DNA from: Candidatus Saccharimonadota bacterium | GTDB taxonomy: Bacteria > Patescibacteriota > Saccharimonadia > Saccharimonadales > Saccharimonadaceae | NCBI GenBank assembly: GCA_025349965.1 | Contig: CP075337.1 | Location: forward strand, 480,001 to 512,000 | Direction of reading: 5' to 3' | Length of the DNA: 32,000 nucleotides | Part shown: positions 17,512 through 26,469 of the stretch, one piece after another | Numbering within the stretch: the first letter of the stretch is position 1 | How the letters are laid out: every line of letters starts with the position of its first letter | Translations under genes and position numbers: made by a program | The notes under the pieces: generated by a model | The model's database searches: none | What the model was told of the DNA's origin: nothing | The model's input: the letters and a program-made list of their open reading frames with translations, nothing else

Positions 17512-18633
17512 ATGCTTAAACGTCGGAATAAACAGCCTCGTGTCATCATTGAGGACGACACAAATCAAAAAGATTTCAAAAAACCAAACTGGTTCAAGCG
17601 CCACAAAAAGTGGACTATCGTTATCATTGTCGCAAGTGTACTCATTATCGCGGGTGGAACGGTAACGGCACTTTATCTTGCTAACAAAAAGCCGGAAACG
17701 CCACAAGTCGCTAAACCAGCCGCAAAACCAAAGCCATCAATCAAGTACTACTCTCCACTTACGGGGGCCGAGCTGAAGGATAAAGCAGCAACAAAACAAC
17801 CTACTACGGCAGTTATGATAGAGAACAGCCCCGACGCACGCCCACAATCCGGACTTAAGGATAGCGGAGTCGTCTTTGAGGCTATCGCAGAGGGAGGTAT
17901 TACCCGCTTCCTCGCGCTCTACCAAGAACAAAAGCCGACACTCGTAGGCCCTGTGCGAAGTCTTCGTATGTACTACGTTGACTGGCTCGCCCCGTTCAAC
18001 GCAAGTGTTGCGCATGTAGGCGGAAGCGCCGCCGCGTTATCCGAAGTACGCAACGGAAACTACCGCGACATCGACCAATTCTTTAACGCGGGTACCTATT
18101 GGAGGGCAACCGACCGATACGCACCCCATAATGTCTACACTAACTTCGAACGACTCGACGCGCTCAATAACTCAAAAGGGTATAAAGAATCCACCTTTAC
18201 TGGTTTTGCGCGTAAAGACTCAAAGGCCTCTGAAGCACCAACAGCCACACAGGTAAAGGTTACAATTAGTGGCCCTCTCTACAATAGTTCGTACGCTTTC
18301 AATGCGACAACCGGCACCTACGACCGCTCACAAGCAGGCGCAGCACACATGGATAGAGAGTCGGGTCAAATCAGCCCGCGAGTTGTTATCGTTATGAAAG
18401 TGAAGCAACAACATGTAATGGAAGATGGATGGCGTGAACAGATCAATGCCGTCGGCACTGGTGCGGGATACATCTTCCAAGATGGAACTGCACAGGAAGT
18501 GACCTGGAATAAATCAGCTCGTGATCAGCAAATTGTCTTTACAGACGCCGAAGGTAAGGAGATAAAGCTCGCACGCGGTCAGACATGGCTTACTGCAGTA
18601 CCCGAAGGACAGGGGAATGTAACGTGGCAGTAG
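17512..18633 (+). CDS. DUF3048 domain-containing membrane-anchored protein (YerB-like)
   Basis: TM IVIIVASVLIIAGGTVTALYL. Then YSPLTG...AVMIENSPDARPQSGL..AGVVFEAIAEGGITRFLALY...YYVDW, the pattern typical of DUF3048. Confidence 0.75.
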   Translation: MLKRRNKQPRVIIEDDTNQKDFKKPNWFKRHKKWTIVIIVASVLIIAGGTVTALYLANKKPETPQVAKPAAKPKPSIKYYSPLTGAELKDKAATKQPTTAVMIENSPDARPQSGLKDSGVVFEAIAEGGITRFLALYQEQKPTLVGPVRSLRMYYVDWLAPFNASVAHVGGSAAALSEVRNGNYRDIDQFFNAGTYWRATDRYAPHNVYTNFERLDALNNSKGYKESTFTGFARKDSKASEAPTATQVKVTISGPLYNSSYAFNATTGTYDRSQAGAAHMDRESGQISPRVVIVMKVKQQHVMEDGWREQINAVGTGAGYIFQDGTAQEVTWNKSARDQQIVFTDAEGKEIKLARGQTWLTAVPEGQGNVTWQ

Positions 18634-18659
18634 GGGTAAATGGTAAAAAAACTCGAAAA

Positions 18660-20195
18660 ATGAATCAACCGCCCGTACCAAAACTCGTCAAAGACTTTTG
18701 GCCTCGCTTCAGTGCGCACACTGCTAACCTAAGCCTCTTACTTGCGGTGGGGTCACTCGCTCCCGCAGCCCTCACACTATACGTGACCGGTTTATTCGCA
18801 CGTCAACTAGAGCTTGCCTTAATCCTCCTGTTTGTCCAGTTTGCGACGGTGTATCTCATGCTTTTCTTCCTTGCGACAGTAACTACCCGTCCAACCAAGC
18901 ACCTCCTCTCGGCATTAACATTCGCTACAGGAGAAAAAGACGGAAGCACGCCACCAAACCCGAACGAAACTCGCTTTAAGCGCACCGGGCTTGGCGCTGC
19001 AATTGAAGCAATCTATGCGACGCTCTCAAAAGAGGGTCGGGAACAAAATACAGATACCCTGGCGACTGCAACTTCCCAGGTAGAAAAAGCTCTTGAAGCG
19101 ACTCAGTGCGGCTTCGTTACGTATGACGCTCAACGTTCTATGACGTACGCAAACCCCGCAACACCGGTTAGTGAAACCACCGACGGCACAAAGGTATTAG
19201 ATCTTCTCTTTCAACCAGAAGACGCTCTTGAACAATGGTGGGATGAATGCGCAGCCAATGCAGTGCGCGCTGAAAAAACCTGGACACGCGTGCCGGACAA
19301 ACTTCCAGGGGAAGAGGGGAGGCGGCTTTTTGACGTCATCGCCTCATACAACAAGGGGCTTGCTGACGAACTTATTTTAACGCTCGTTGACCGCACCGAA
19401 GACTACGCCATAGGAGAAGAAGAGCTCGACTTTATTGCTTTCGCCGCCCATGAGCTTCGCGGGCCAATTACGGTCATTCGCGGTTACCTTGATGTACTGC
19501 AAGACGAACTGCAGGATGAGCTTGATACGGACCACAAAGAATTATTCCATCGGCTCGTCGTCTCAGCAAATAGACTTAGCACCTATATCAATAACATCCT
19601 TAACACCTCAAAGTATGACCGCCACCATCTCAATGTCCAACTCAAAGAGACAACAGTTCGGTCGGTATATAGTAGTGTTGCCGATGACATGGAACTCCGC
19701 GCCCGGGCACAACGTAGACTTCTGTCTGTCTCTATACCCGATACACTTCCAACCATCGCTGCCGACAACGGAAGTTTAAGCGAAGTCTTCTCAAACCTCG
19801 TAGACAACGCAATAAAATACAGCAACGAAGGTGGCACTATCAACGTCTCGGCCGTTTCTAAAGGCGATACAGTTGAAGTAGCTATCACCGACCATGGCAT
19901 AGGGATGCCCAGCAACGTTGTTAGCAATCTCTTTCAAAAATTCTACCGTTCTCACCGCTCACGCGAAACAGTTGCCGGAACCGGAATTGGTCTCTATATC
20001 AGCAAGGCTATTGTCGAATCTCATGGCGGCACCATTGCCGTAGCAAGCGAAGATGGACGCGGCTCGACCTTTACGGTTATACTCCCAACCTACGATTCAG
20101 TTGCAGAGAAGCTCAAAGCGGGTAATAATGAGAGTAAAGAGCTGCTTGGTGATGGCAAGAGCTGGATTAGAAACCACAACATGTACAGAGGATAA
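18660..20195 (+). CDS. Sensor histidine kinase (two N-terminal TM helices, HisKA + HATPase_c)
   Basis: H-box FAAHELRGPIT, N-box VDNAIKYS, G1 DHGIGMP, G2 GTGIGLYISK. The start is uncertain: ATG 18660, or GTG 18624 with AGGGGA 7 nt upstream. Confidence 0.9.
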   Translation: MNQPPVPKLVKDFWPRFSAHTANLSLLLAVGSLAPAALTLYVTGLFARQLELALILLFVQFATVYLMLFFLATVTTRPTKHLLSALTFATGEKDGSTPPNPNETRFKRTGLGAAIEAIYATLSKEGREQNTDTLATATSQVEKALEATQCGFVTYDAQRSMTYANPATPVSETTDGTKVLDLLFQPEDALEQWWDECAANAVRAEKTWTRVPDKLPGEEGRRLFDVIASYNKGLADELILTLVDRTEDYAIGEEELDFIAFAAHELRGPITVIRGYLDVLQDELQDELDTDHKELFHRLVVSANRLSTYINNILNTSKYDRHHLNVQLKETTVRSVYSSVADDMELRARAQRRLLSVSIPDTLPTIAADNGSLSEVFSNLVDNAIKYSNEGGTINVSAVSKGDTVEVAITDHGIGMPSNVVSNLFQKFYRSHRSRETVAGTGIGLYISKAIVESHGGTIAVASEDGRGSTFTVILPTYDSVAEKLKAGNNESKELLGDGKSWIRNHNMYRG

Positions 20196-20198
20196 TGT

Positions 20199-20573
20199 AT
20201 GGCTATTAAAACAATTCTTATCGTAGAAGACGACCGCTTTATCGGCGAGATGTACGTGCGTAGCCTCCAGCGCGCAGGCTACGAAGTGGACTGGATGATT
20301 GATGGAAATGACGGCTTAATTGCAGCACGCAACAAACCATATGACCTTCTCCTGCTTGACGTGATGCTCCCGGAACGGCGTGGAACAGAGATCCTTGAAG
20401 CACTCCGAGGCAAGGAAGATTTAATCCCAAACACAAAGGTGATTGTCTTAACGAACTTTGAGCAAGACGACGAATCGCGCCAAGCGATGGAAGCACACGC
20501 CGACGCATACCTCATTAAAGCGGAGATTACACCCCGTAAATTACTTTCCGTTATTGAACGGCTCACCGCCTAG
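20199..20573 (+). CDS. Stand-alone response-regulator receiver domain (CheY-like, no output domain)
   Basis: 124 aa. VEDD acidic pocket, phospho-acceptor LLLDVMLP, VLTN, and YLIKA lysine. GAGGA SD 6 nt upstream. Confidence 0.9.
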   Translation: MAIKTILIVEDDRFIGEMYVRSLQRAGYEVDWMIDGNDGLIAARNKPYDLLLLDVMLPERRGTEILEALRGKEDLIPNTKVIVLTNFEQDDESRQAMEAHADAYLIKAEITPRKLLSVIERLTA

Positions 20574-20736
20574 CCGCCCTAGACAAGAAGCGGGGATTTT
20601 GGTATGATTTTTTAGGTAGTGAATTTAGCTTATTTTTACTCCTTCACTCAAAATTTGGCCCATACGGTGTATGAGTCGACATTTCTCGGAAGTGCAAAAA
20701 TAAGCAAGCTTATTTTCACCACTTCGCTCAAAATTT

Positions 20737-20811
20737 GGCCTCATCGTCTAACGGTTAGGACATCAGGTTCTCATCCTGGCAATCGGGGTTCGATTCCCCG
20801 TGAGGTCACCA
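20737..20811 (+). tRNA. tRNA-Glu (anticodon CUC), CCA encoded
   Basis: Folded by hand. Acceptor GGCCTCA/TGAGGTC, D arm GTCT-AACGGTTA-GGAC, anticodon stem TCAGG/CCTGG with loop TTCTCAT, T arm CGGGG-TTCGATT-CCCCG, then A-CCA. Confidence 0.95.
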
Positions 20812-20847
20812 CGAAAACAGCCCACTATACGGTGGGCTTTTTTCGTG
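20812..20847. terminator. Bidirectional intrinsic terminator between tRNA-Glu and the convergent DUF4396 gene
   Basis: Long stem CACGAAAACAGCCCAC (one mismatch), loop tatacg, GTGGGCTTTTTTCGTG. The A-tract/T-tract symmetry allows termination on both strands. Confidence 0.65.
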
Positions 20848-20858
20848 GCAACTATTTT

Positions 20859-21353
20859 CTAATGATGATACTCATGTGTTAACGCGTGCCCCTTGCCACG
20901 CCGAAGGAGATAAACATTAACAGGAAAGGCTATAATAAAGGCCGCAGCAAGTGAAGCAAGACGACTTATCCAATAGATAGGGTGGGTTAGGTCTTTATCC
21001 ATAGCACCAGGCACGGAAACCATAACGATATTGTCAACGATTGTCATCGTTAAGATAGACAGGGTATCGGCAGCGAATACAAGCCGTAAGGCCTTATGGA
21101 AGGGTAGCTTCGCGCGCAATAGAGGCAGGGTGGAGACGGTGTATCCCGAAACAAACGATAACACAACCGCGAGAAGTATCGTCATGTGTGGCTCAAATCC
21201 AAGATGCGTACCAATCGTTACGCCAACCATTTCACCAATTGCACACCCAATAAGACAGTGGAGCGTTGCGCTCAGCGCCATACGCTTAGACACTACTGTA
21301 TGGTGCCCGTGATGCTTGTGTTGGTGATGCGCATGTTCATCTGAATGATTCAT
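20859..21353 (-). CDS. DUF4396-family integral membrane protein with His-rich termini (putative metal homeostasis)
   Basis: N-terminus MNHSDEHAHHQHKHHGHH, conserved LHCLIGCAIGE motif, about 4 TM segments, C-terminus HALTHEYHH. The start overlaps the upstream repressor stop (TAATG). Confidence 0.7.
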   Translation of the reverse strand: MNHSDEHAHHQHKHHGHHTVVSKRMALSATLHCLIGCAIGEMVGVTIGTHLGFEPHMTILLAVVLSFVSGYTVSTLPLLRAKLPFHKALRLVFAADTLSILTMTIVDNIVMVSVPGAMDKDLTHPIYWISRLASLAAAFIIAFPVNVYLLRRGKGHALTHEYHH

Positions 21354-21637
21354 TATTTCCCCCTAATATTATTCAACTCGTAGAGTTTTAAAAGCTCATC
21401 AACTGCCTTTAGCTGAACCTCGTTATCAGTGGAGGCCATGTCGGCTGCGATATGTGTACGTAGATGGTTTTCCAAAACCAGCTTATTAAGCGAGGCGAGC
21501 GATTTCTGTAGCGCTAAGCTCTGCACGAGAATATCCATACAGTATTCATCTTCTTTTATTTGCTTTTCTAGGGCTTTCATCTGACCCTGAATAATCTTTG
21601 TTCGGTGCAATGCACGTTTCTTCAATGCTTCAATCAT
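21353..21637 (-). CDS. CsoR/RcnR/FrmR-family metal-sensing transcriptional repressor
   Basis: 94 aa all-helical protein. RTKIIQGQMKALEKQI..DEYCMDILVQ...LENHLRTHI gives an x-C-H-H ligand fingerprint (Cys in EYC, His in ENH, His four residues later). Confidence 0.8.
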   Translation of the reverse strand: MIEALKKRALHRTKIIQGQMKALEKQIKEDEYCMDILVQSLALQKSLASLNKLVLENHLRTHIAADMASTDNEVQLKAVDELLKLYELNNIRGK

Positions 21638-21643
21638 GCAATT

Positions 21644-21673
21644 AGTATAATACCCCTAGGGGGTATTTGTAAA
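21644..21673 (-). promoter_or_regulatory. Promoter TTTACA, 18 nt, TATACT with a CsoR-type operator (ATACCCC-TAG-GGGGTAT, 21650..21666) filling the spacer; the -10 ends 6 nt before the repressor ATG
   Basis: Minus-strand reading: tTTTACAaATACCCCCTAGGGGTATTATACTaattgcATG. A G/C-tract inverted repeat flanked by ATA/TAT is the known architecture of CsoR/RcnR operators. Confidence 0.6.
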
Positions 21674-21694
21674 TACTCTATGCTATTCCGCCTA

Positions 21695-21703
21695 TGCTAT
21701 ACT
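21695..21703 (+). promoter_or_regulatory. Extended -10 box TGcTATACT, 6 nt upstream of ATG 21710 (leaderless-type)
   Basis: Read directly: tatgctatact gaaatc ATG. Confidence 0.55.
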
Positions 21704-21709
21704 GAAATC

Positions 21710-22459
21710 ATGCAAGATCCATTCAATCCTTCGAATCAAGACGCTCAATCAACCAACCCTACACCAACACCCGCGGAACCCCAAACTCCTCAACAGTTTT
21801 CTGCTCCTGGAGCAGATATTCCTACGCAGCCAACACCCCTTGCCGCCCAGCAACCCGTAACACCACAGCCGTATACCCAGCCAGTTCCAAGCTATCAACA
21901 ACCTATGAAAAAGAAGTCGAACAAAACACTTATAACACTTCTCATTGTGGGTGGCGTTGTTCTTTTAGCAGGAATCGCTGCAGCACTTTACTTTACAGGT
22001 GCTCTTGCAAAGTTCACCTCTCAAAATGAAAGTGGCACGAACACAAACGTTACTACCGGAGAGGGGAGTAATGCTACAGATACCCCAGAGACCCCTTCAA
22101 CTGAAAGCAGCGCAGACACCAGTACCGTTGATCAAAAACTTGCCGAAAGCGTAGAAGCAGCGCTCGTGAAAAGCGGGGCAGCTGATGCAAAAGTAACCGC
22201 GACCCAACAGAGCAAAACAAACACTACGCTTACAATAGAGGTAACCGAAGCGCCAATTACAATGACCACGCTTCGAACTGTCCTGACTCGTATTGCGAAC
22301 ACCATCCCAAGTCCACAGACCGCAACTCTCACGTTCAAGTCAAGCAACCCAAACCTTCCGCAGTCAATTGAACGCATCGGCCTCGGCTCAGCACTTGTTG
22401 GCGCAGCGACAAACGATACCGCTACCTTTGATATTGCTAAAGCCCGTGACTTGCTTTAA
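21710..22459 (+). CDS. Hypothetical membrane-anchored protein (Pro/Gln-rich N-terminal tail, one TM, Ser/Thr-rich ectodomain)
   Basis: I prefer ATG 21710 (MQDPFNPSN...) because of the abutting -10 box; the track start 21605 would overlap the repressor gene and operator. TM LITLLIVGGVVLLAGIAAALYF. Confidence 0.65.
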   Translation: MQDPFNPSNQDAQSTNPTPTPAEPQTPQQFSAPGADIPTQPTPLAAQQPVTPQPYTQPVPSYQQPMKKKSNKTLITLLIVGGVVLLAGIAAALYFTGALAKFTSQNESGTNTNVTTGEGSNATDTPETPSTESSADTSTVDQKLAESVEAALVKSGAADAKVTATQQSKTNTTLTIEVTEAPITMTTLRTVLTRIANTIPSPQTATLTFKSSNPNLPQSIERIGLGSALVGAATNDTATFDIAKARDLL

Positions 22460-22498
22460 CGATACTTCACCTCGCGATTATGCTACAATAGGATAAGT

Positions 22499-23299
22499 AT
22501 GGAGTTTCTTAAACTTGTTCGGAAAAAATCGTTTTTTAGCGAGCTTACCTATGCGCTACTCAATATGGCGCTCGCAATCGCAGTCACGCTCATCGTTTAT
22601 TACACGAGTTCTATTCTTCTTGCGATGATTGCGGTCATCATTAGTAAATGGCGAGTCTTTGCAGTACGACCACGCTACTGGTGGGCGAACCTCCGTTCAA
22701 ACATGGTAGACTTTACCGTCAGCGCGAGCGTCGTACTTCACATGTACGGCATTCATGTCTCAAACCTACCAGATAGCAGTAAGCTTCCTATCATGATCGC
22801 GCTTACTATTCTGTACATCGGTTGGCTTCTTTTCCTTAAGCCTCGCTCGAAGCGTTCTTATGTTATCGCACAGGCAGGAGTCGCCATTTTCCTTGGAAGC
22901 ACCGCATTATTCACAACATGGTATGACTGGCCTGTGTCAATCGTCGTGCTCGGAATGTGGATCAATGGCTTTACCGCAACACAACACGCCCTAAGCGCGT
23001 ACGAAAAAGAAACGCACGCCATCTTCTTGAGTCTCGTATGGGGATTCGTTATCGCTGAAATATCATGGGTGGCATACCACTGGGCGGTCGCATACCCACT
23101 TCCACTCCTTAGCGGCGTAATGATTCCTCAAGTATCGATAATCGTAACGCTCTTAAGCTTCCTTGCGTTCAAGGTATACAATTCACTCTACATGCACGAC
23201 AAAGTACGCTCGGCAGATGTACTCATGCCACTGCTCTTTACCGTAGGTATTATCCTCGTGCTTCTCGTAGCATTCACTCGAGTCGGCGTTGCTATTTAG
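22499..23299 (+). CDS. Hypothetical polytopic membrane protein (about 7-8 TM segments)
   Basis: Hydrophobic segments run throughout and I recognise no motif. TGcTACAAT at 22481..22489 lies 9 nt upstream. Confidence 0.7.
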   Translation: MEFLKLVRKKSFFSELTYALLNMALAIAVTLIVYYTSSILLAMIAVIISKWRVFAVRPRYWWANLRSNMVDFTVSASVVLHMYGIHVSNLPDSSKLPIMIALTILYIGWLLFLKPRSKRSYVIAQAGVAIFLGSTALFTTWYDWPVSIVVLGMWINGFTATQHALSAYEKETHAIFLSLVWGFVIAEISWVAYHWAVAYPLPLLSGVMIPQVSIIVTLLSFLAFKVYNSLYMHDKVRSADVLMPLLFTVGIILVLLVAFTRVGVAI

Positions 23300-23302
23300 C
23301 AC

Positions 23303-24133
23303 CTACGCAAGCTTTTGCAGTAAAAGTCCATACCCATCTCTACCAGCCTCAACAAGACGATACTTAGCCGCGCGCCTTGTAATATCGTCATGCTGTACAG
23401 GGTCGGCCTCTAGAATAATATATCCACCCGGCTTAAGTACTGAAGCTGTTTGCTCAATAAGGATATAAATAAGCGCCTTTCCATTATCTGCTGCAAATAA
23501 CGCGGTAGCAGGCTCGTGATTCGTCTCTGGCGAGCGCTCCCATTCTGCATCAACATAGGGAAGATTTGCAATAATAATATCTGCTATATACGGGTACTGA
23601 CCGAGTAAGTCACTCTGTATACAGGTCACATCGGCGTCAAGTGCCCTGGCGTTATCTTCCGCAACTTGCAATGCGTGCCGACTAATATCAAGCAGTGTAA
23701 CCTCAAGCTCTGGGTGCTCAAGTTTTGCAGTTATACCCAAGATACCACTCCCCGTACCGACGTCGACAAGGCGAAGCGGAGCGGTGGGGAGTAGGGAAGT
23801 ATTACTCGGAAGTGCTACTTCAAGGAGCGAGATAAGATCTTCACTCTCTGGGCGGGGGATGAGCGTCGCGGTCGTCACCTTAAACCGTCGCCCGTAAAAT
23901 TCTTTATGTCCAATAATATACGCAATAGGGACTCGGTCAAGCCGAAGGTCAAGCCGCGCTTCGACAATCTCATAGTGACGGTCACTAAGTATGTCATCAC
24001 CATGTGCATGAAGCCATGTGCGTGGTTTTCGGAGTGTATGTGCAAGGAGGAGTTCAGCATCAAGGCGTGCAGAAGCAATACCCGCCCCCTTTAGTGTTTC
24101 AGTTGCGCGATGTATCCATTCCTGCACGGTCAT
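23303..24133 (-). CDS. prmC: Release-factor glutamine N5-methyltransferase PrmC/HemK
   Basis: SAM motif VDVGTGSGILG, catalytic IIANLPYV (NPPY variant), located immediately downstream of prfA. Confidence 0.9.
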   Translation of the reverse strand: MTVQEWIHRATETLKGAGIASARLDAELLLAHTLRKPRTWLHAHGDDILSDRHYEIVEARLDLRLDRVPIAYIIGHKEFYGRRFKVTTATLIPRPESEDLISLLEVALPSNTSLLPTAPLRLVDVGTGSGILGITAKLEHPELEVTLLDISRHALQVAEDNARALDADVTCIQSDLLGQYPYIADIIIANLPYVDAEWERSPETNHEPATALFAADNGKALIYILIEQTASVLKPGGYIILEADPVQHDDITRRAAKYRLVEAGRDGYGLLLQKLA

Positions 24134-24136
24134 ATA

Positions 24137-25207
24137 TTATGCCTCTGCGTTTTTCGCCGCCAGCTCGCGTTCATACGCCTGGAGATGTTCAACCAAGTCA
24201 TCAATACGACCATCCATCGCTTGTGGAATTCCCGAGCGACTATAGCCAATACGGTGATCGGTAATGCGATCTTGCGGGAAGTTATACGTACGAATCTTTT
24301 CAGAGCGGTCACCAGAGCCAACTAAACTGCGGCGCTCACTGGCAACGCGCGCGTTTTCTTCGTCAATCTTCTGCTGCAAGAGGCGGGCGCGGAGAACACT
24401 CATGGCCTTTTCTTTATTCTTAATCTGCGACTTCTCGTCTTGGTTTGTTACAACAAGCCCAGTAGGGAGGTGGGTGATGCGCACCGCAGAGTCAGTTGTA
24501 TTGACCGACTGTCCACCGTGTCCGCCAGCACGATAGACATCTACCTTAAGATCATTGGCGTTGATTTCAATATCAGTTTCTTCAGCTTCAGGAAGCACCG
24601 CTACTGTAACAGTGCTCGTGTGAATGCGCCCTTGGCTTTCGGTGGCAGGAATACGCTGTACGCGGTGCACGCCAGATTCAAACTTAAGCTGGGAATACGG
24701 AGAATCTCCCTTCACTCCAAAGACGACTTCCTTGTAGCCACCAGTATCATTGGCACTTTCGCTGATGAGTTCTGTTTTAAGATTGTGTGCCTCGCAGTAG
24801 CGAAGGTACATACGGTACAATTCCGCACCAAAAAGACTTGCTTCATCGCCACCCGCGCCAGCGCGGATTTCAACAATGACATTCTTGTCATCATTTGGGT
24901 CTTTTGGAGCGAGCATCATAAAGAGGTCGTCCTCAAGCTGCTCAAGTTGCGTTTCAGCTTCCGATGCTTCCATCTTCGCAAGCTCTGCAAGCTCATCATT
25001 ACCCTGAGCGAGCTCTTTCGCTTCGGCTAATTGAGCCTCGAGTGTTTGGCGTAGCGTCGCCTTTTCTAAGATTGCTTCAAGTTCAGTGCGCCGCTTATTT
25101 TTTTTAGAGAAATCTGGGTCACTATAGGCGTTTGGCTGCATTAAAAAGTCGTCGAGTGCATTCTTCTCGGCGGTTAAGTCGTCAATGTTAAGTGTAATTT
25201 TCGGCAT
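24137..25207 (-). CDS. prfA: Peptide chain release factor 1
   Basis: PAT tripeptide ([14 protein letters not shown]) and GGQ ([24 protein letters not shown]). TGcTATAGT (25227..25219, minus strand) lies 11 nt upstream. Confidence 0.97.
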   Translation of the reverse strand: MPKITLNIDDLTAEKNALDDFLMQPNAYSDPDFSKKNKRRTELEAILEKATLRQTLEAQLAEAKELAQGNDELAELAKMEASEAETQLEQLEDDLFMMLAPKDPNDDKNVIVEIRAGAGGDEASLFGAELYRMYLRYCEAHNLKTELISESANDTGGYKEVVFGVKGDSPYSQLKFESGVHRVQRIPATESQGRIHTSTVTVAVLPEAEETDIEINANDLKVDVYRAGGHGGQSVNTTDSAVRITHLPTGLVVTNQDEKSQIKNKEKAMSVLRARLLQQKIDEENARVASERRSLVGSGDRSEKIRTYNFPQDRITDHRIGYSRSGIPQAMDGRIDDLVEHLQAYERELAAKNAEA

Positions 25208-25291
25208 AATTCATACTTACTATAGCAGATTTACCCCTGTTTGTCTCTAGTACACTCATATCTTAAAAATCGAGCACACTACGGACTGGAC

Positions 25292-25320
25292 TTGCATATT
25301 TTTTAATATTATGCTATAAT
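25292..25320 (+). promoter_or_regulatory. Promoter TTGCAT, 17 nt, TGcTATAAT upstream of the GC-rich GT2 operon
   Basis: TTGCAT at 25292..25297, TATAAT at 25315..25320 with TG at 25312..25313. A leader of about 70 nt ends in AAGGAG at 25385..25390. Confidence 0.55.
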
Positions 25321-25395
25321 TGGTAAGTTTGACGCCCTTACTACGCTAAGCGGCTCATCACCTTGACAATTAGCCTATATCAAAAAGGAGTTTTC

Positions 25396-26433
25396 TTGTC
25401 TGTTGTCGCTTTGATTCCGGCTCATAACGAGCCCTCAATCGGCTTGACGGTGGACAGTATCCTCCGCCAAAGCCACCCCGTCGATGCGGTGATCGTTATC
25501 ACCAACAACTGCACCGACAACGGAAGAACCGCCCGACGTGCCCGAGCGCACGGCGCCACCGTCATTGACCTCGGTGTCATTGAAGGCAAGAAAGCTGGTG
25601 CGCTCAATACCGGCTTTGAGATTGTACGCCAGGAGTTTCCAGACGCCAACTTCCTCCTCCAGATGGATGCCGACACCATTCTCGACGAGCATTTCGTAGA
25701 GAACACCGTCGCCGCCATGCGCGCCAACGATCGCATCGCCGGACTCGGCGCAAGCTTCATCGCCCAAAACAAACCGGGCGAAGGAGCGGTGGGGAAGTTT
25801 CTCGTATGGGGCCAGCGTCAGGAGTTCGCCCGTTTCCATGGAGGTCAGCTTACCAAGCAAACCTCCGTGTTGAGCGGAACTGCAACCCTCCTGCGCGTTG
25901 ACGCCATCCTGGAACTGCGCAACGATCGTGGGTTCATCTGGTCCGAGACGTGCATCGTCGAAGACTACGAGACCACCAAGGCCCTGCAGTCACGTCAGTG
26001 GCTCTGCATGACCGATACCACGTTCATCGCACATACGGATGTAATGACCAACTGGAAGGACCTCCTTCAGCAGCGCAAGCGCTGGCAGCGAGGCACTCTC
26101 GAAGTCATCTTCCGTGAGTATCGCGGCCAGGAATGCACGCGGCTGGATAAGCTGCGTCAGTACTTTGCCCACATCATGATAGCGCCACATCTGTTGAGTT
26201 ATCTCGCACTGATTATTCTGGCGTTCATGTGGGGCGGCCTCGAGCCGCTTCCGCTGATTGTCGTCTGGTTCGTCATGGGCACCTACAATGCCTGGAGCGC
26301 CCGACGCGCCGGCTGGAAAAGCGCACTCTTCGCCGGGACACTGATCCCTGTGGAATTGTACAATTTCGTACGATACTACTGGCTCTGGAAGAGCTGGCGT
26401 CTGTACCGTACAGCACAAGCTCAGGCATGGTAA
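25396..26433 (+). CDS. Processive family-2 glycosyltransferase (membrane-embedded synthase type, QxxRW class)
   Basis: ALIPAHNE, DxD at QMDADT, QQRKRWQRG (Q-x-x-R-W), and C-terminal TM helices. I prefer TTG 25396 (5 nt after AAGGAG) to the track TTG 25363. GC was about 60% in a hand-counted line. Confidence 0.85.
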   Translation: MSVVALIPAHNEPSIGLTVDSILRQSHPVDAVIVITNNCTDNGRTARRARAHGATVIDLGVIEGKKAGALNTGFEIVRQEFPDANFLLQMDADTILDEHFVENTVAAMRANDRIAGLGASFIAQNKPGEGAVGKFLVWGQRQEFARFHGGQLTKQTSVLSGTATLLRVDAILELRNDRGFIWSETCIVEDYETTKALQSRQWLCMTDTTFIAHTDVMTNWKDLLQQRKRWQRGTLEVIFREYRGQECTRLDKLRQYFAHIMIAPHLLSYLALIILAFMWGGLEPLPLIVVWFVMGTYNAWSARRAGWKSALFAGTLIPVELYNFVRYYWLWKSWRLYRTAQAQAW

Positions 26434-26469
26434 GACCTGCCTGTCTTTAGGGGAAAGAAAGGAGAGGCA

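Noticed and set aside
20619-20882. 87-aa plus-strand ORF.
   Set aside because: It reads straight through tRNA-Glu (20737..20811) and its terminator.
21645-21650. Plus-strand TATAAT immediately left of the CsoR-type operator, as a possible promoter for the 21710 gene.
   Set aside because: A better-placed TGcTATACT (21695..21703) abuts ATG 21710, as at other genes. The 21645 hexamer is the reverse-strand neighbour of the minus-strand -10 region and is probably fortuitous. It is not excluded as a weak second promoter.
24440-25030. 196-aa plus-strand ORF, together with other nested or antisense ORFs inside prfA, prmC, gltX, the sortase, the PEGA gene and the kinase.
   Set aside because: All lie within or antisense to genes with unambiguous family motifs, and none has its own start signals.
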